In this document: in pieces, positions 1-10,000 of the stretch
Position numbering within the stretch: position 1 is the stretch's first letter
Layout: each line of letters opens with the position of its first letter
Source of the DNA: Acidobacteriota bacterium
GTDB lineage: Bacteria; Acidobacteriota; UBA6911; RPQK01; JAJDTT01
Assembly: GCA_965209055.1 (NCBI GenBank)
Contig: OZ242374.1
Span: 4,032,001-4,096,000, forward strand
DNA length: 64,000 bases
Direction: 5' to 3'
Notes under the pieces: generated by a model
Database searches by the model: none
Seen by the model: only the letters and a program-made list of their open reading frames with translations
Told to the model about the DNA's origin: nothing
Translations under genes and position numbers: made by a program

Positions 1-169
1 GCGGCATACCCGACGGAAATGGCCTCAACTTCAGACTCTCTCTTTTTGGTCTGGTTCCGGTCGTCCTTCTACGGTATCGCTTCTTGACCCGTTGCCGGGC
101 CTGTGGTTGCCTCAGGGCCTATTTACTTGACTAGCCAAGACGTCACACATTTGTTCGACAATTCCCTCC

Positions 170-1351
170 ATGAAAGCTCGCGCCACTATCCAGTGCAGAG
201 CGAAGCTGTCCAAGGGCGGACTCCGGCGATTGGACTGGGCGAGGTCGGTCCTGAATCGCCTGTACAATGCTGCCTTGGAGGAACGCAAGACGGCCTGGGA
301 ATCCGAGCAACGCGGCGTGACCCTGTACGATCAGATGAAGGGGTTGACGTCCCGGAGGAAGGACGATCCGGACGGGCTCGGGTCCGTGGCGGTCAGAGCG
401 GAGCGCGGGATGTTGATACGGTTGGACCGGGCCTTCAAGGCGTTCTTCCGTCGCTGCAAGGCGGGGGAGAAGCCGGGGTATCCTCGGTTCCGGCCCATTG
501 CGAGGATGGAGACCATCGACATCGTCGACCCGATGGCGACTATGGTAAAGAAGCGGGCTCGGGGCTACGCGATCCGGCCCAAGGGTTTCCCGACGATCCG
601 GATATTTCCGTCCCGGGCGTTGCCGGCCGGATGCCCGTTGAAGGCGCTGCGGATCGTCCGCAAGCCGAGCCGAGTGTATGTGGACTTGACCTACGAGGTG
701 GAGAAGCAGCTGCTACCGAAGTGCGGGTCTCCGGTGGGGATCGACCTGGGAGTCCGCAAGCAGGCGGTGCTGTCAACGGGTGAGAGGATCAACCGGAATC
801 GGCGGGACTGGGCGGAGGTCCGAAAGCAGCAGCGAAAGGTGTCCCGGTGCCAGCGCCGGTCGAACCGGCGCCGGAAGCGAGTTCGACGGTTGGCGGCGAT
901 TCGGTTCCGGGAGAGAGTCCGAAGCCGGAACGCGTGTCATCAGGCCACGACCCGGATCGTCCGTGAGCATGGACTGATCGCAGTGGAGAAACTGAACGTC
1001 CAAGGGATGACTAAGAAGGGCCTGAACAAGAAGGGTCTGAATCGGGAGATCCTCACCCAATCCTGGGGCATCTTCCGCAACCAGCTCCAGTACAAGGCAG
1101 AGTGGGCCGGTCGGGAGTTTGTGGAAGTCAACGCTGCATTCACGTCGCAGGACTGCCACCGGTGTGGCGCCAGGAACCAACCAGGGAGGAGCGAGATGTA
1201 TCGCTGCGTCTCCTGTGGACTCAAAATGGATCGCGACCACAACGCCGCGATCAACCTTCTCAGGGCTGGGGTTTCCGCCCTGGGCGCCGGAACGTGGGCC
1301 GATGGGCCGAGCGTGGCGCCGGAACTGTGTACTGGAAGGCCCAGTGGCTAG
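170..1351 (+). CDS. tnpB: RNA-guided endonuclease TnpB (IS200/IS605 or IS607 family)
   Basis: N-terminal LYNAAL, RuvC-I VGIDLG, RuvC-II IAVEKLN, zinc finger TSQDCHRCG...CVSCG, RuvC-III DRDHNAAINLL; all three catalytic acidic residues present; no tnpA in window. Confidence 0.95.
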   Translation: MKARATIQCRAKLSKGGLRRLDWARSVLNRLYNAALEERKTAWESEQRGVTLYDQMKGLTSRRKDDPDGLGSVAVRAERGMLIRLDRAFKAFFRRCKAGEKPGYPRFRPIARMETIDIVDPMATMVKKRARGYAIRPKGFPTIRIFPSRALPAGCPLKALRIVRKPSRVYVDLTYEVEKQLLPKCGSPVGIDLGVRKQAVLSTGERINRNRRDWAEVRKQQRKVSRCQRRSNRRRKRVRRLAAIRFRERVRSRNACHQATTRIVREHGLIAVEKLNVQGMTKKGLNKKGLNREILTQSWGIFRNQLQYKAEWAGREFVEVNAAFTSQDCHRCGARNQPGRSEMYRCVSCGLKMDRDHNAAINLLRAGVSALGAGTWADGPSVAPELCTGRPSG

Positions 1352-1385
1352 CCAAGTATATAAGCCCCATTGACTCGCAAGCCGC
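1200..1385 (+). ncRNA. putative TnpB omegaRNA overlapping tnpB 3' end (boundaries approximate)
   Basis: TnpB omegaRNAs usually overlap the gene 3' end; stem TGTGTACT (1326-1333) / AGTATATA (1355-1362) pairs fully only with G-U wobble, inner stem GGCC/GGCT. Confidence 0.5.
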
Positions 1386-1413
1386 CCGCCGAAGCTGGGA
1401 AGGAGGGAATGGA

Positions 1414-2427
1414 TTGATCGGTCCCCTGGATTCTCGAACCCCTCTGGAATCTGCATCTCCCGGACGTTCCGTCGATTCCGACGTGACTTGGGACTATCTG
1501 AACGCGGTCCAGTACCGGAGGCGACTGGCCACCGGCATGCCCCCCTTGATCATCTCCTGCGCCACCACCGGCGGCCATCAGAAGGCAGAGAATCCGGGCG
1601 TGCCCGTCACCGCGGGAGAACAGGCCGGGACCGCGCCGCAAGTGGCCGCTGCCGGGGCCCAGATCATTCACATCCACGGACGCGACCCCGAAGATCCCAC
1701 CCGGGAGACCGACCGGGCCGAGCGGTACCTGGAGATCAACGCCCGGATCCGGGCCCAGGACCCGGAAATTATCATCGACAACACGCAGGCAGTCGCACCC
1801 ATCGAGTCCACGGACGACGAATTGGGGGGGACGGTCTTCCGTTACGAATCGCTTCCGTTGGAGGCCCGTCCCGAGATCATGGCCCTCAATCCGGGTCCCA
1901 TGACCTTTCGGGGCGGAGGAGATTCTCCCAGCGTGGTCCTGGCGACCACCTTCGATCACACCGAACGGGCGGCGCACGCGCTCCGGGAGCGGGGAATCAA
2001 GCCTCAGGTGTTCCTTTACCATCCGGGTCACCTGGATCTGCTGGAGTATCTGATCACCCGCGACGCGTTGGACGAGCCCTACTTCGTCCAACTGGTCTTC
2101 GGGCAGCAGAGCGGAATCCCGACGAGTCCCGACAACATCCTCTCCATGGTGCGGAACCTTCCTCCGGGTTGCGTCTTCCAGACCTGCGCCCTGGGATTGG
2201 AGGCGGTCCAGGTCAATACGCTGGCCATCCTGCTGGGTGGACACGTCCGCACCGGCATGGAGGACTGCATCGAGTATCAGCGGGATGAACCGGCCCGCGA
2301 CAACGCCCAACTGGTCCGGCGCGTGGCCCGAATCGCCCGCGACCTGGGACGCCGGGTGGCCACGATTCAGGAGGCCCGGAAAATGTTGGGACTGGGGCCG
2401 CCCAGCCAATACCCTTCGGCAACCTGA
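1414..2427 (+). CDS. beta-keto acid cleavage enzyme (BKACE/DUF849, 3-keto-5-aminohexanoate cleavage family)
   Basis: LIISCATTGG, NPGVPVT, AGAQIIHIH, GGHVRTGMED, DNAQLVRR motifs; TTG start 7 nt after AGGAGG (1401-1406). Confidence 0.88.
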   Translation: MIGPLDSRTPLESASPGRSVDSDVTWDYLNAVQYRRRLATGMPPLIISCATTGGHQKAENPGVPVTAGEQAGTAPQVAAAGAQIIHIHGRDPEDPTRETDRAERYLEINARIRAQDPEIIIDNTQAVAPIESTDDELGGTVFRYESLPLEARPEIMALNPGPMTFRGGGDSPSVVLATTFDHTERAAHALRERGIKPQVFLYHPGHLDLLEYLITRDALDEPYFVQLVFGQQSGIPTSPDNILSMVRNLPPGCVFQTCALGLEAVQVNTLAILLGGHVRTGMEDCIEYQRDEPARDNAQLVRRVARIARDLGRRVATIQEARKMLGLGPPSQYPSAT

Positions 2428-2441
2428 GGGAGGTGGGTTTC

Positions 2442-3668
2442 ATGTCCGACTCTTTTCTGATCCGGAACGCACGGATCGTCGACGTCGCCGGCGGGTCTAT
2501 CGAAGTGGAGCGGTCGGTCCTGGTTCGGGGGGATCGCATCGAGGCGGTGGGCCGGTTTCCAGGGTGGAGCGGGGCATCGACGGATGCCGAAAACCGGTAT
2601 CTGTGTCCCGGCCTCATCGACTGCCACGTCCACTTCTTCTTGGATGCGGGGCCCGATCCCAGAGGATCGTACATCCGCAGCGATGATGAGGAGCGGATGT
2701 CCACGGCGGAGAAGAATGCGCGGTTGGCCATCGAGGCCGGCATCACCACCATGCGCGATTGCGCCGCACCGGGACACCTCATGGTCCGGTTCCAGCGCCA
2801 GGTGGATGCGGGCGAAGTTCCGGGCCCCCACATCATCAGTTGCGGGTACGCGCTCATGCGCCCCAAGGGGCACTGTCATTTCCTGGGCGGCGAGGTGGCC
2901 ACGGTCCGGGAATTGAGTGAAAGAATCGAGTGGAATCTGAGCCACGGGGCCGGATTCGTGAAGCTCATGGCCTCCGGCGGCGGCTTGACGCCCGGTACGA
3001 TCCCGCACGAAGCTGACCTGCCTGTGGAGATCATGAAAGCTGCCGTCCGGGAGGCTCACGCCAACGGCGTCCTTATCACGGCGCATTGCCATGCCACCGA
3101 CAGCATCCGGCGGGGAATCGAGGTGGGGTTGGACATGATCGAGCACGTCAGCTACGTGGAGGCGCCCGGGCGCTACCGGTACGACGAGGAGTTGACGCAC
3201 CAGATCCGGGACGCCGGCATCATCGTCAGTCCGACGGTCTACTCGGCGCTTCAGACGGCGCGGCAATTCCGCGCGGCGGGGGCGGCCCACAACCCCGGAG
3301 ACGTGGCTGCGGTCGTGCGCCTGGAGGGGCGGTTGGTCAACACGGGGCACTTTCACCGGCTGGGGATGAAGATCATCGGTGGCACCGACTGCGGGGCCAC
3401 CAACACTCCGTTCGACAGCCTGGTGGATGAGCTGGAGAGCTACACCGAGGCCGGCCTCACCCGGCATGAGGCCCTCCGCACGGTCACCGACATGGGCGCC
3501 GCCTACCTCGGGCTCTCTCGAGTGGGCCGGATCCAACCCGGTCATCGCGCCGACCTGACGTTGCTGGACGGAAATCCCCTGGAGGACCTGGAAGTGCTGC
3601 GGCGGCCTCTCCAGGTCTACAAGTCGGGGATCCTCGTCCACGAGCAAAACGGCGGGGACCCGGCCTGA
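2442..3668 (+). CDS. metal-dependent amidohydrolase
   Basis: PGLIDCHVH, AGITTMRD, FVKLMASGG, AHCH, IEH, GGTDCG, ADL...GNPLEDL. Confidence 0.9.
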   Translation: MSDSFLIRNARIVDVAGGSIEVERSVLVRGDRIEAVGRFPGWSGASTDAENRYLCPGLIDCHVHFFLDAGPDPRGSYIRSDDEERMSTAEKNARLAIEAGITTMRDCAAPGHLMVRFQRQVDAGEVPGPHIISCGYALMRPKGHCHFLGGEVATVRELSERIEWNLSHGAGFVKLMASGGGLTPGTIPHEADLPVEIMKAAVREAHANGVLITAHCHATDSIRRGIEVGLDMIEHVSYVEAPGRYRYDEELTHQIRDAGIIVSPTVYSALQTARQFRAAGAAHNPGDVAAVVRLEGRLVNTGHFHRLGMKIIGGTDCGATNTPFDSLVDELESYTEAGLTRHEALRTVTDMGAAYLGLSRVGRIQPGHRADLTLLDGNPLEDLEVLRRPLQVYKSGILVHEQNGGDPA

Positions 3669-4738
3669 TGGCCGGATCCGGCAGCTCCACGCTCCACGTC
3701 GTCGAGCTCACGGGAGACAGCCGTCAGCGGGGGCTTCAGCACGGCCGGCAGTTGAGAGATCCGATCCAGGCGGCGGTGGACTTTTATCGTCACTTCTTCA
3801 AGGAACACCTGGGGATGACCGCCGAGGGCATGGCCCGGCGCGCCTCGGCGTTCGTCGAACCGACGGCGCAACTCAATCCGCTCCTGATGGAGGAATACGA
3901 AGGCATAGCCGAAGGGTCCGGCCAGCGGCTGGAGGATGTCCTGGCCCTGACGGCGCGCTACGAGATCACCTTCGAGCAGGTGGCCCTGGGGGACTGCTCC
4001 AATCTCTTCGTAGGACCGGAGCGCTCGCAAGACGGTCACACGCTACTGGGGCAGAGCTGGGACTGGCGGCCCGAGGTCATGGATTTCCGCGCCGTCCTGA
4101 TCTCTCGGTGCGACGACCAGCCGGATCACGTCATGGTGACCGAGTGCGGTCAGCCGGGGAAGTACGGCTTCAACCAGGACGGCCTCGGCGTCGTTTCCGC
4201 CGGTCTGCGTTGCCGAGAGAAGGCGGCCACGGGCCGGCAGCTCTTCACCGTGCTGGGAAGAACGATCCTGGCTCAGACTGGGTTCGACGCGGCGTGCGAG
4301 GTGCTGGAGGAGAATGCGCCGCTGGCGACGGTGAACGTCCTGGTGGCCGACGATCAGGGCAGGGCAGCGGATTTCGAGGCGACGGCAGGAGAGATCTGCC
4401 GCCACGATCTGGGACGGGACGAGGTCTACTGGCACACGAATCACTGCCGGCACGTCCTGGAACCCAATCACTTCGAGAACAGCCGGGTTCGGGGTCTACG
4501 CTGGGAAAGACTCACCACCGCGCAGGGACCAGTGGAACCCTTGACAGTGCAGAATTGGCTGGCCGATCGGAGCGACGGAGGAAACTCCATCAGCCAGCAT
4601 GCCGACCCGGACAAGGCCCACACCGCCAGTTGGCTCCAGACCCTCTGCGCCATCGCCATGGACCTGAACCAGCGCCAACTCTGGGTCAGCGACGGCCCGG
4701 CGTCGTTGAGTTCCTACCTAAAGATCGGTCTGGACTGA
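3668..4738 (+). CDS. C45 family autoproteolytic acyltransferase/peptidase (Ntn hydrolase)
   Basis: RGLQHG, EEYEGIAEG, GDCS nucleophile site, LLGQSWDW, GFNQDGL, HTNH; start overlaps upstream stop. Confidence 0.85.
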   Translation: MAGSGSSTLHVVELTGDSRQRGLQHGRQLRDPIQAAVDFYRHFFKEHLGMTAEGMARRASAFVEPTAQLNPLLMEEYEGIAEGSGQRLEDVLALTARYEITFEQVALGDCSNLFVGPERSQDGHTLLGQSWDWRPEVMDFRAVLISRCDDQPDHVMVTECGQPGKYGFNQDGLGVVSAGLRCREKAATGRQLFTVLGRTILAQTGFDAACEVLEENAPLATVNVLVADDQGRAADFEATAGEICRHDLGRDEVYWHTNHCRHVLEPNHFENSRVRGLRWERLTTAQGPVEPLTVQNWLADRSDGGNSISQHADPDKAHTASWLQTLCAIAMDLNQRQLWVSDGPASLSSYLKIGLD

Positions 4739-4813
4739 GACCGGACTGTGACCCGGATAGTCAGAAGCTGAGGAAGACGTGAGGTAGATCTCGCGAATGT
4801 TTCTACCTTCATT

Positions 4814-5200
4814 TTACACGGCGATTTTCAGGCCCGTGTGCCGCGCCAGTACGCCGAAATCGGAATCATTATTGAGAACGGGCACACCGGCCCGAATTGC
4901 GATCGCCCCAATCAAGCAATCAATCAACCGGCGCACGGTCTCTCCTTTCAGGCGACAGATCCGGTACAGCGTGGCCGCATCATCGTAGTGAGTTGGTTCA
5001 GTCGGCAAGACGGTTGCCCGCGCCAACAGGCGACGGAGATCGTTCAGGTGTCTTTCGTTGCGGGCGCCGGCAAGTACTTCCATGCGGATGGCATCACAGA
5101 TGGCTATCTCTTCCTCGAGTAATGCGTCGACACGATTGCAGGTCGCCGAGCCCGTGTCGCGCAGGTACTCGATCCAGGCAGAGGTATCGACAAGTGTCAT
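4814..5200 (-). CDS. vapC: VapC PIN-domain toxin
   Basis: LVDTSAWIEYLR, EVLAGAR, IDCLIGAIA, DSDF. Confidence 0.92.
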   Translation of the reverse strand: MTLVDTSAWIEYLRDTGSATCNRVDALLEEEIAICDAIRMEVLAGARNERHLNDLRRLLARATVLPTEPTHYDDAATLYRICRLKGETVRRLIDCLIGAIAIRAGVPVLNNDSDFGVLARHTGLKIAV

Positions 5201-5400
5201 TGCGAGCGTCCGGCGCGCATCTCATCGAGGTCGCCTTCCCAACCAGATCCACGAAGACGCCGGGCCTCCTCCACGCTCAGGGGTTCCGCAGCAAGGGATC
5301 GGAGCGCAAAATTGATGGCCTCACGCTTTGTCCTCAAGTGGTAACGGCGCATGACTTCTGCACACGACACGTCGTCGATGTCTACGTTTGTGCGTGTCAT
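5197..5400 (-). CDS. vapB: VapB antitoxin
   Basis: MTRTNVDIDD...TKREAINFALR...GWEGDLDEMR; 4-nt overlap with vapC. Confidence 0.9.
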   Translation of the reverse strand: MTRTNVDIDDVSCAEVMRRYHLRTKREAINFALRSLAAEPLSVEEARRLRGSGWEGDLDEMRAGRSQ

Positions 5401-5674
5401 ACACCTATAATACACAATTAGTCCATGCCGTCGATGGACGTCCTTGATCAATCGGATCCAGACGCCTTGCTCGACGATTTTGGACCTGAACCTGCGTCAG
5501 GTCCCGGAGTGCGATGGACCCGCCTCAATGAATTCCTACCGGTAGTTCCGGTCAATATGTGGTGTGCGGCGAACTCCCACGATTGGCCCGTTAGATTCTT
5601 GGTCGATGTCCGCCGATTGCTGGAACTACACGCGGAATCACGTTAAAATACGTGACAAATAATGAGGTGCTTGA

Positions 5675-6025
5675 ATGTTATTCCAGAATTTCGTGGAAGA
5701 ACAGGTGTTTTCTCCGAATCTCATCGCGGCCGAACTCCGCACGACCAAGACCGAAATCGCGGGAACCTTGGGCCTCGGAAAGGACGCGTTTTCCCGTAGA
5801 TCGCGGATCCGCGCACGAAAAACGCAGGTTCGTTTGCGTCAGATGCTGGAGATTCTGAATCGGGTCGAGGTGGAGACCGGTTCGGCTCTCGCCGCTTATG
5901 CCTGGTTCAGGGCCGAACCGTTGCCGGGCTTCGGTGGCGCCACGCCGGATCTGTTGCTGCGGGAAGGCAAGGCCGACCATGTCCATGCCTATCTGGACCG
6001 GATCATGGCAGGTGGTTATGCCTGA
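5675..6025 (+). CDS. Xre/MbcA/ParS antitoxin
   Basis: HTH-like N-terminus; AYAWFRAEPLPGFGGATPDLL C-terminal motif; immediately upstream of RES gene. Confidence 0.85.
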   Translation: MLFQNFVEEQVFSPNLIAAELRTTKTEIAGTLGLGKDAFSRRSRIRARKTQVRLRQMLEILNRVEVETGSALAAYAWFRAEPLPGFGGATPDLLLREGKADHVHAYLDRIMAGGYA

Positions 6026-6037
6026 TTCGATCCCGTC

Positions 6038-6550
6038 GTGATGCGGTTCCGGGGAGTGGTTTACCGGGCGCACAACCCCGAATGGGCCTGGAAACCTCTC
6101 TCCGGCGAAGGCGCGCGCCGCCACGGCGGACGGTTTAACCGGCGCGGCGTTCCCGCGCTCTATACGTCTCTTTCCCCCCTGACGGCCATACGGGAGGCGC
6201 AACCGTTGGGCCGGCGCATGCAGCCTCTGACGCTTTGTGCCTACGACGTCGATTTGGAGCCGGTATTCGATTCACGGGATGGGGCCGTAAGGGCCGCACT
6301 TCAGGTAGACGATCACGAACTTGATTGCCGCTCGTGGGCGGCTCAAATGCTCGACGGCTCGGTGCCGGCCTCACAGGCTCTGGCTGATCGCCTGGTTTCA
6401 GATGGCTATGTTGGGATGCTGGTCAGGAGCTTTGCCGTGGCAGCCGGGCCCGGGGATATCAATCTTGTGGTTTGGAAATGGGGCTCCCAACGGCCGTGCC
6501 GTGTCGATCTGATCGACGATGAAAGTCGTCTTTCGACCAGCTCCCGATGA
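6038..6550 (+). CDS. RES-domain toxin (NAD+ phosphorylase family)
   Basis: VYRAH, SGEGARRHGGRFN, ALYTS, AIRE, LVRS, NLVVW. Confidence 0.9.
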   Translation: MMRFRGVVYRAHNPEWAWKPLSGEGARRHGGRFNRRGVPALYTSLSPLTAIREAQPLGRRMQPLTLCAYDVDLEPVFDSRDGAVRAALQVDDHELDCRSWAAQMLDGSVPASQALADRLVSDGYVGMLVRSFAVAAGPGDINLVVWKWGSQRPCRVDLIDDESRLSTSSR

Positions 6551-6571
6551 AGAGCTTGGAGTCGGGAAAGG

Positions 6572-6844
6572 TCATGGTCCATTGAGACGGGGGACCGTGG
6601 ACTTCGCGATCATCCGTTTGTGTTCTGGCCAATCGGGCTCTTGATACCCCTTTTCACGGCTTTCGCACTCGGCATTGAACCGTCGCAGGTCCGCAAGCGT
6701 GAATGGTGCTGAACCCGTTGCCGCTACGAGCTTCTGCTCTGCGGCTTCTCTTAGCCAAGCGCTTAGGGACTTCTTCTCCCGTTGCGCTTGACGTTGATAG
6801 CGAGCCTTGTCCAACTCCGTCACGACAAAATCGATTCGTGCCAT
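6572..6844 (-). CDS. orphan ribbon-helix-helix antitoxin-like protein
   Basis: ARYQRQAQREKKSLSAWLREAA, EPDWPEH; start chosen at ATG 6844. Confidence 0.65.
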   Translation of the reverse strand: MARIDFVVTELDKARYQRQAQREKKSLSAWLREAAEQKLVAATGSAPFTLADLRRFNAECESREKGYQEPDWPEHKRMIAKSTVPRLNGP

Positions 6845-6991
6845 GGTGTTCCCGGTAGCACCCAATATACGCCACAGACGCGTCATGGTTTCAGAACTGA
6901 TGGTGGCTTCTGAATCTGACATCCGGAAGTTATTCCTCAGTCGATGATCTGAACCGGCCCCGGTACACAAGGTAAAAGGGGGTCGGAAAGC

Positions 6992-7000
6992 TGTTATACT
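6992..7000 (+). promoter_or_regulatory. extended -10 promoter element (TGnTATACT)
   Basis: TGTTATACT about 30 nt upstream of ATG 7032. Confidence 0.45.
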
Positions 7001-7031
7001 CCCTCCTCAAGGGGTTCGGAACACGATCAGA

Positions 7032-10000
7032 ATGAGTTGGTTACAGGTAGGGAACCCGTCGCGTTGCGGCGAGGCCGGCAGTTATAGGCCTAGGCGACGA
7101 TCTAGCGGAGTCTTTAGTCTGCCGGCGTTGGTCTTGGCGGTCAGCATTTCAAACCTTCTGGCCATTCAGGAAGAGTCTGCGCCCGATTTCGAGACCCACA
7201 TTTTTCCCCTCTTCGAAGCTCACTGCCTGTCCTGCCATGGGGCGTCGCAACCGCAGGGCGAACTGGACCTGACGACCCATGAGACCACTCTGGAGGGCGG
7301 GAAAACCGGTCCCGCGCTGGTTCCCGGTTCACCGTTGGAGAGCTTGCTGCTGGAGAAGCTCCACTCCGGAGCGATGCCGATGGGAGCCGCCAGGCTGAGT
7401 GACGACCAGATTAACCTGGTCCGTCGCTGGATCGAAGACGGTGCCCGCCGCGCGGAAGCGGAGGCCGAGGCTGTTGCTGTAGCGGCTTCAAACGTGGTCG
7501 CCGGGCCCGAGACCGTGACCACCATCCTCAACGTCAAGTGTCTCCTCTGCCACGGCCGCCGCAACCAGGAGGGGGGCCTCGACCTGCAGACCCGGGCGAG
7601 TCTGCTCAAGGGAGGCGCCTCGGGATCCGCCATCGTCCCTGGAAAACCGGATGAGAGCCTGCTCATTCAACGGATAGAAAACTCCGACATGCCCCCGCTG
7701 AAGGATCAGGCCAGGCTCTCGGTGCGCGCCGTGACCTCGTCGGAGCTGGAACGCCTTCGGGCCTGGATCGCCGCCGGGGCGCCCTACGATGAACGGAAGC
7801 CGGAGCCGGTCGTTGCTACGGAGGACGCCCTCGTCAGCGACTCGGACCGCGATTTCTGGTCGTTTCGCCCGCCGGTTCGGCCTCCGGTCCCGGAAGTTCA
7901 ACATCAGGATCGCGTTCGCAACCCCATCGACGCCTTCCTTTTGGAAAAGCTGGAAGCAGAGGGGTACACCTTCTCGGCCGATGCTCCACCCCTGACCTTG
8001 CTGCGGCGGGCCTACTTCGACGTGACCGGGTTGCCGCCGACGTCCGAAGCCGTCCAAGCCTATGAGGGCACGCCGGAAGCGTACGGGAAGCTGGTGGACG
8101 ACCTCTTGGACTCTCCCGGATACGGCGAACATTGGGGCCGCCGTTGGCTGGATGCCGCCGGCTATTCCGACTCGGAGGGACAGGTGTCGGCCGACGCGAT
8201 CCGTCCCAATGCCTGGCGCTACCGCGATTATGTCATTCGCTCCCTCAACGCCGACAAGCCCTACGACCGCTTCCTGCAGGAGCAGATCGCCGGCGACGAG
8301 CTCTTCGACTACAAGGCGGCGAAAGAACTGACCCCCGAGCAGCGCGATCGGCTGGTGGCGACGGGTTTCATGCGCATGGGTCCGGACGGGACCTACAGCG
8401 TCTCCCAGGCCTTCGTCCCTGAACGTCTGGAGGTCGTGGCCAGCCAGGTAGAGATCCTCAGTTCCTCGGTGATGGGGATCACCATGGCCTGCGCGCGCTG
8501 TCACGATCACAAGTACGATCCCATTCCACAGCGCGACTACTATCGATTCAGCGCCATCCTGCGCTCCGCTTTCGATCCCTACGATTGGCTCTCTCCCAGC
8601 GAGACTCCCGTCGGCCCGGAGGCGGATTGGAACGACAGCAACATGCGCGTACTGCAGGGAGCGCCTGTGGAGGAGGTCCGGGAAGCCGACGAGACCAACG
8701 CTCCCGTTCTGCGTGAGATCGAGGAAATCGAGCAGGCCTTCGAGGAGAAGGCGAACGTCCTGCGCGAGAAGCTCTTGAAGGAAAAGAGAGCCGCAATCCC
8801 GGATTTGGTTCGGGAAGAGGTGATCGCGGCGGAGAAGACACCGGTTCCGGAACGGACTCCAGTACAGGAATACCTGGTCGAACGCTTTCGGGACCAGTTG
8901 CAAATCCTGCCCGAGGAATTGGAGAAGCGCTTCCCATCCTTCCAGAAGGTGGCCAAGGAGAAGAGGGATGCCGTCCAGGCGGTCAGGAAACGGCTCAAGG
9001 GGAATCCCAGGCTCCGGGCCCTGTTCGACATGGGTGGCCGGCCCACGGCGGTTCACGTCCTGGGCCGGGGACAATACCAGAATCCCCTGGAGCCGGTCGC
9101 TCCGGGCATCCCCTCCGTCCTGGGCGTGGGTCTCGAGCCCTACCGGCTGGAAAAGCCGAAGTGGACGACTGACACGACGGGCCGTCGATTGGCCCTGGCC
9201 AAATGGCTCACGCAATCCCGGCACCCCCTCACCGCCAGGGTTCTGGTCAATCGCATCTGGCAGTACTACTTCGGCTCCGGTCTGGTGAAGACGGTGGGGA
9301 ACTTCGGCCGCACCGGCGCCCCTCCATCGCACCCCGAGCTCCTCGACTGGCTGGCCACGGAATTCGTCCGGAGCGGTTGGAGCATGAAGGCGTTGCACCG
9401 GATGATCCTGACCTCGACCGCCTACCGTCAGAGTTCCCGCCGGAATCCCGGGATCGACGGTGACCCCGACAACCGTCTGCTCTCCTACTTTCCCATGCGC
9501 CGGCTGGATGCCGACGCCGTCCGCGACTCCATTCTGAAGGTGTCCGGGCGGCTGGACCCGACACCGTTCGGTCCTCCCGATTCCATTGAGGAGAAAGCGG
9601 ATGGAGAAGTGGTGGCCAAGGAGTCGAAGCGGGGATATCGGAGAAGCCTCTACCTGATGCAACGGCGCTCGACCCCGGTCACCATGCTGGACACCTTCGA
9701 CGCGCCCCAGTTGCGGCCCAACTGCCTGGTGCGGAACCGTTCCACCGTCTCGTCCCAAGCCCTGCAGTTGATGAACAGCGAGACGGTCCGGACCAGTTCC
9801 CGTTTCATGGCGGGAAGAGTGATCGACCATGTCGGCCGCGACCCGGAGGCGCAGGTGAAGAGAGTCTACCTGGCCGCGCTGGGACGTCCGCCGTCTCCGG
9901 AGGAACTGGATTGGAGCAAGTCGACATTGGCGGACATGACCGAGGAGTGGAAACGGGATCTGGACCAGGACCGTTCCCCCGAGCCTCGGCAGGGCAGGGC

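Noticed and set aside
170-1351. Nuclease-dead TnpB (TldR-like) or Cas12f
   Set aside because: All RuvC acidic residues are present and there is no adjacent CRISPR array
1102-1413. N-terminal extension of BKACE overlapping tnpB
   Set aside because: Strong RBS and TTG at 1414; the extension is low-information overlap
5425-5646. 73-aa ORF between TA modules
   Set aside because: No recognisable motif or clear RBS; may be a degraded remnant
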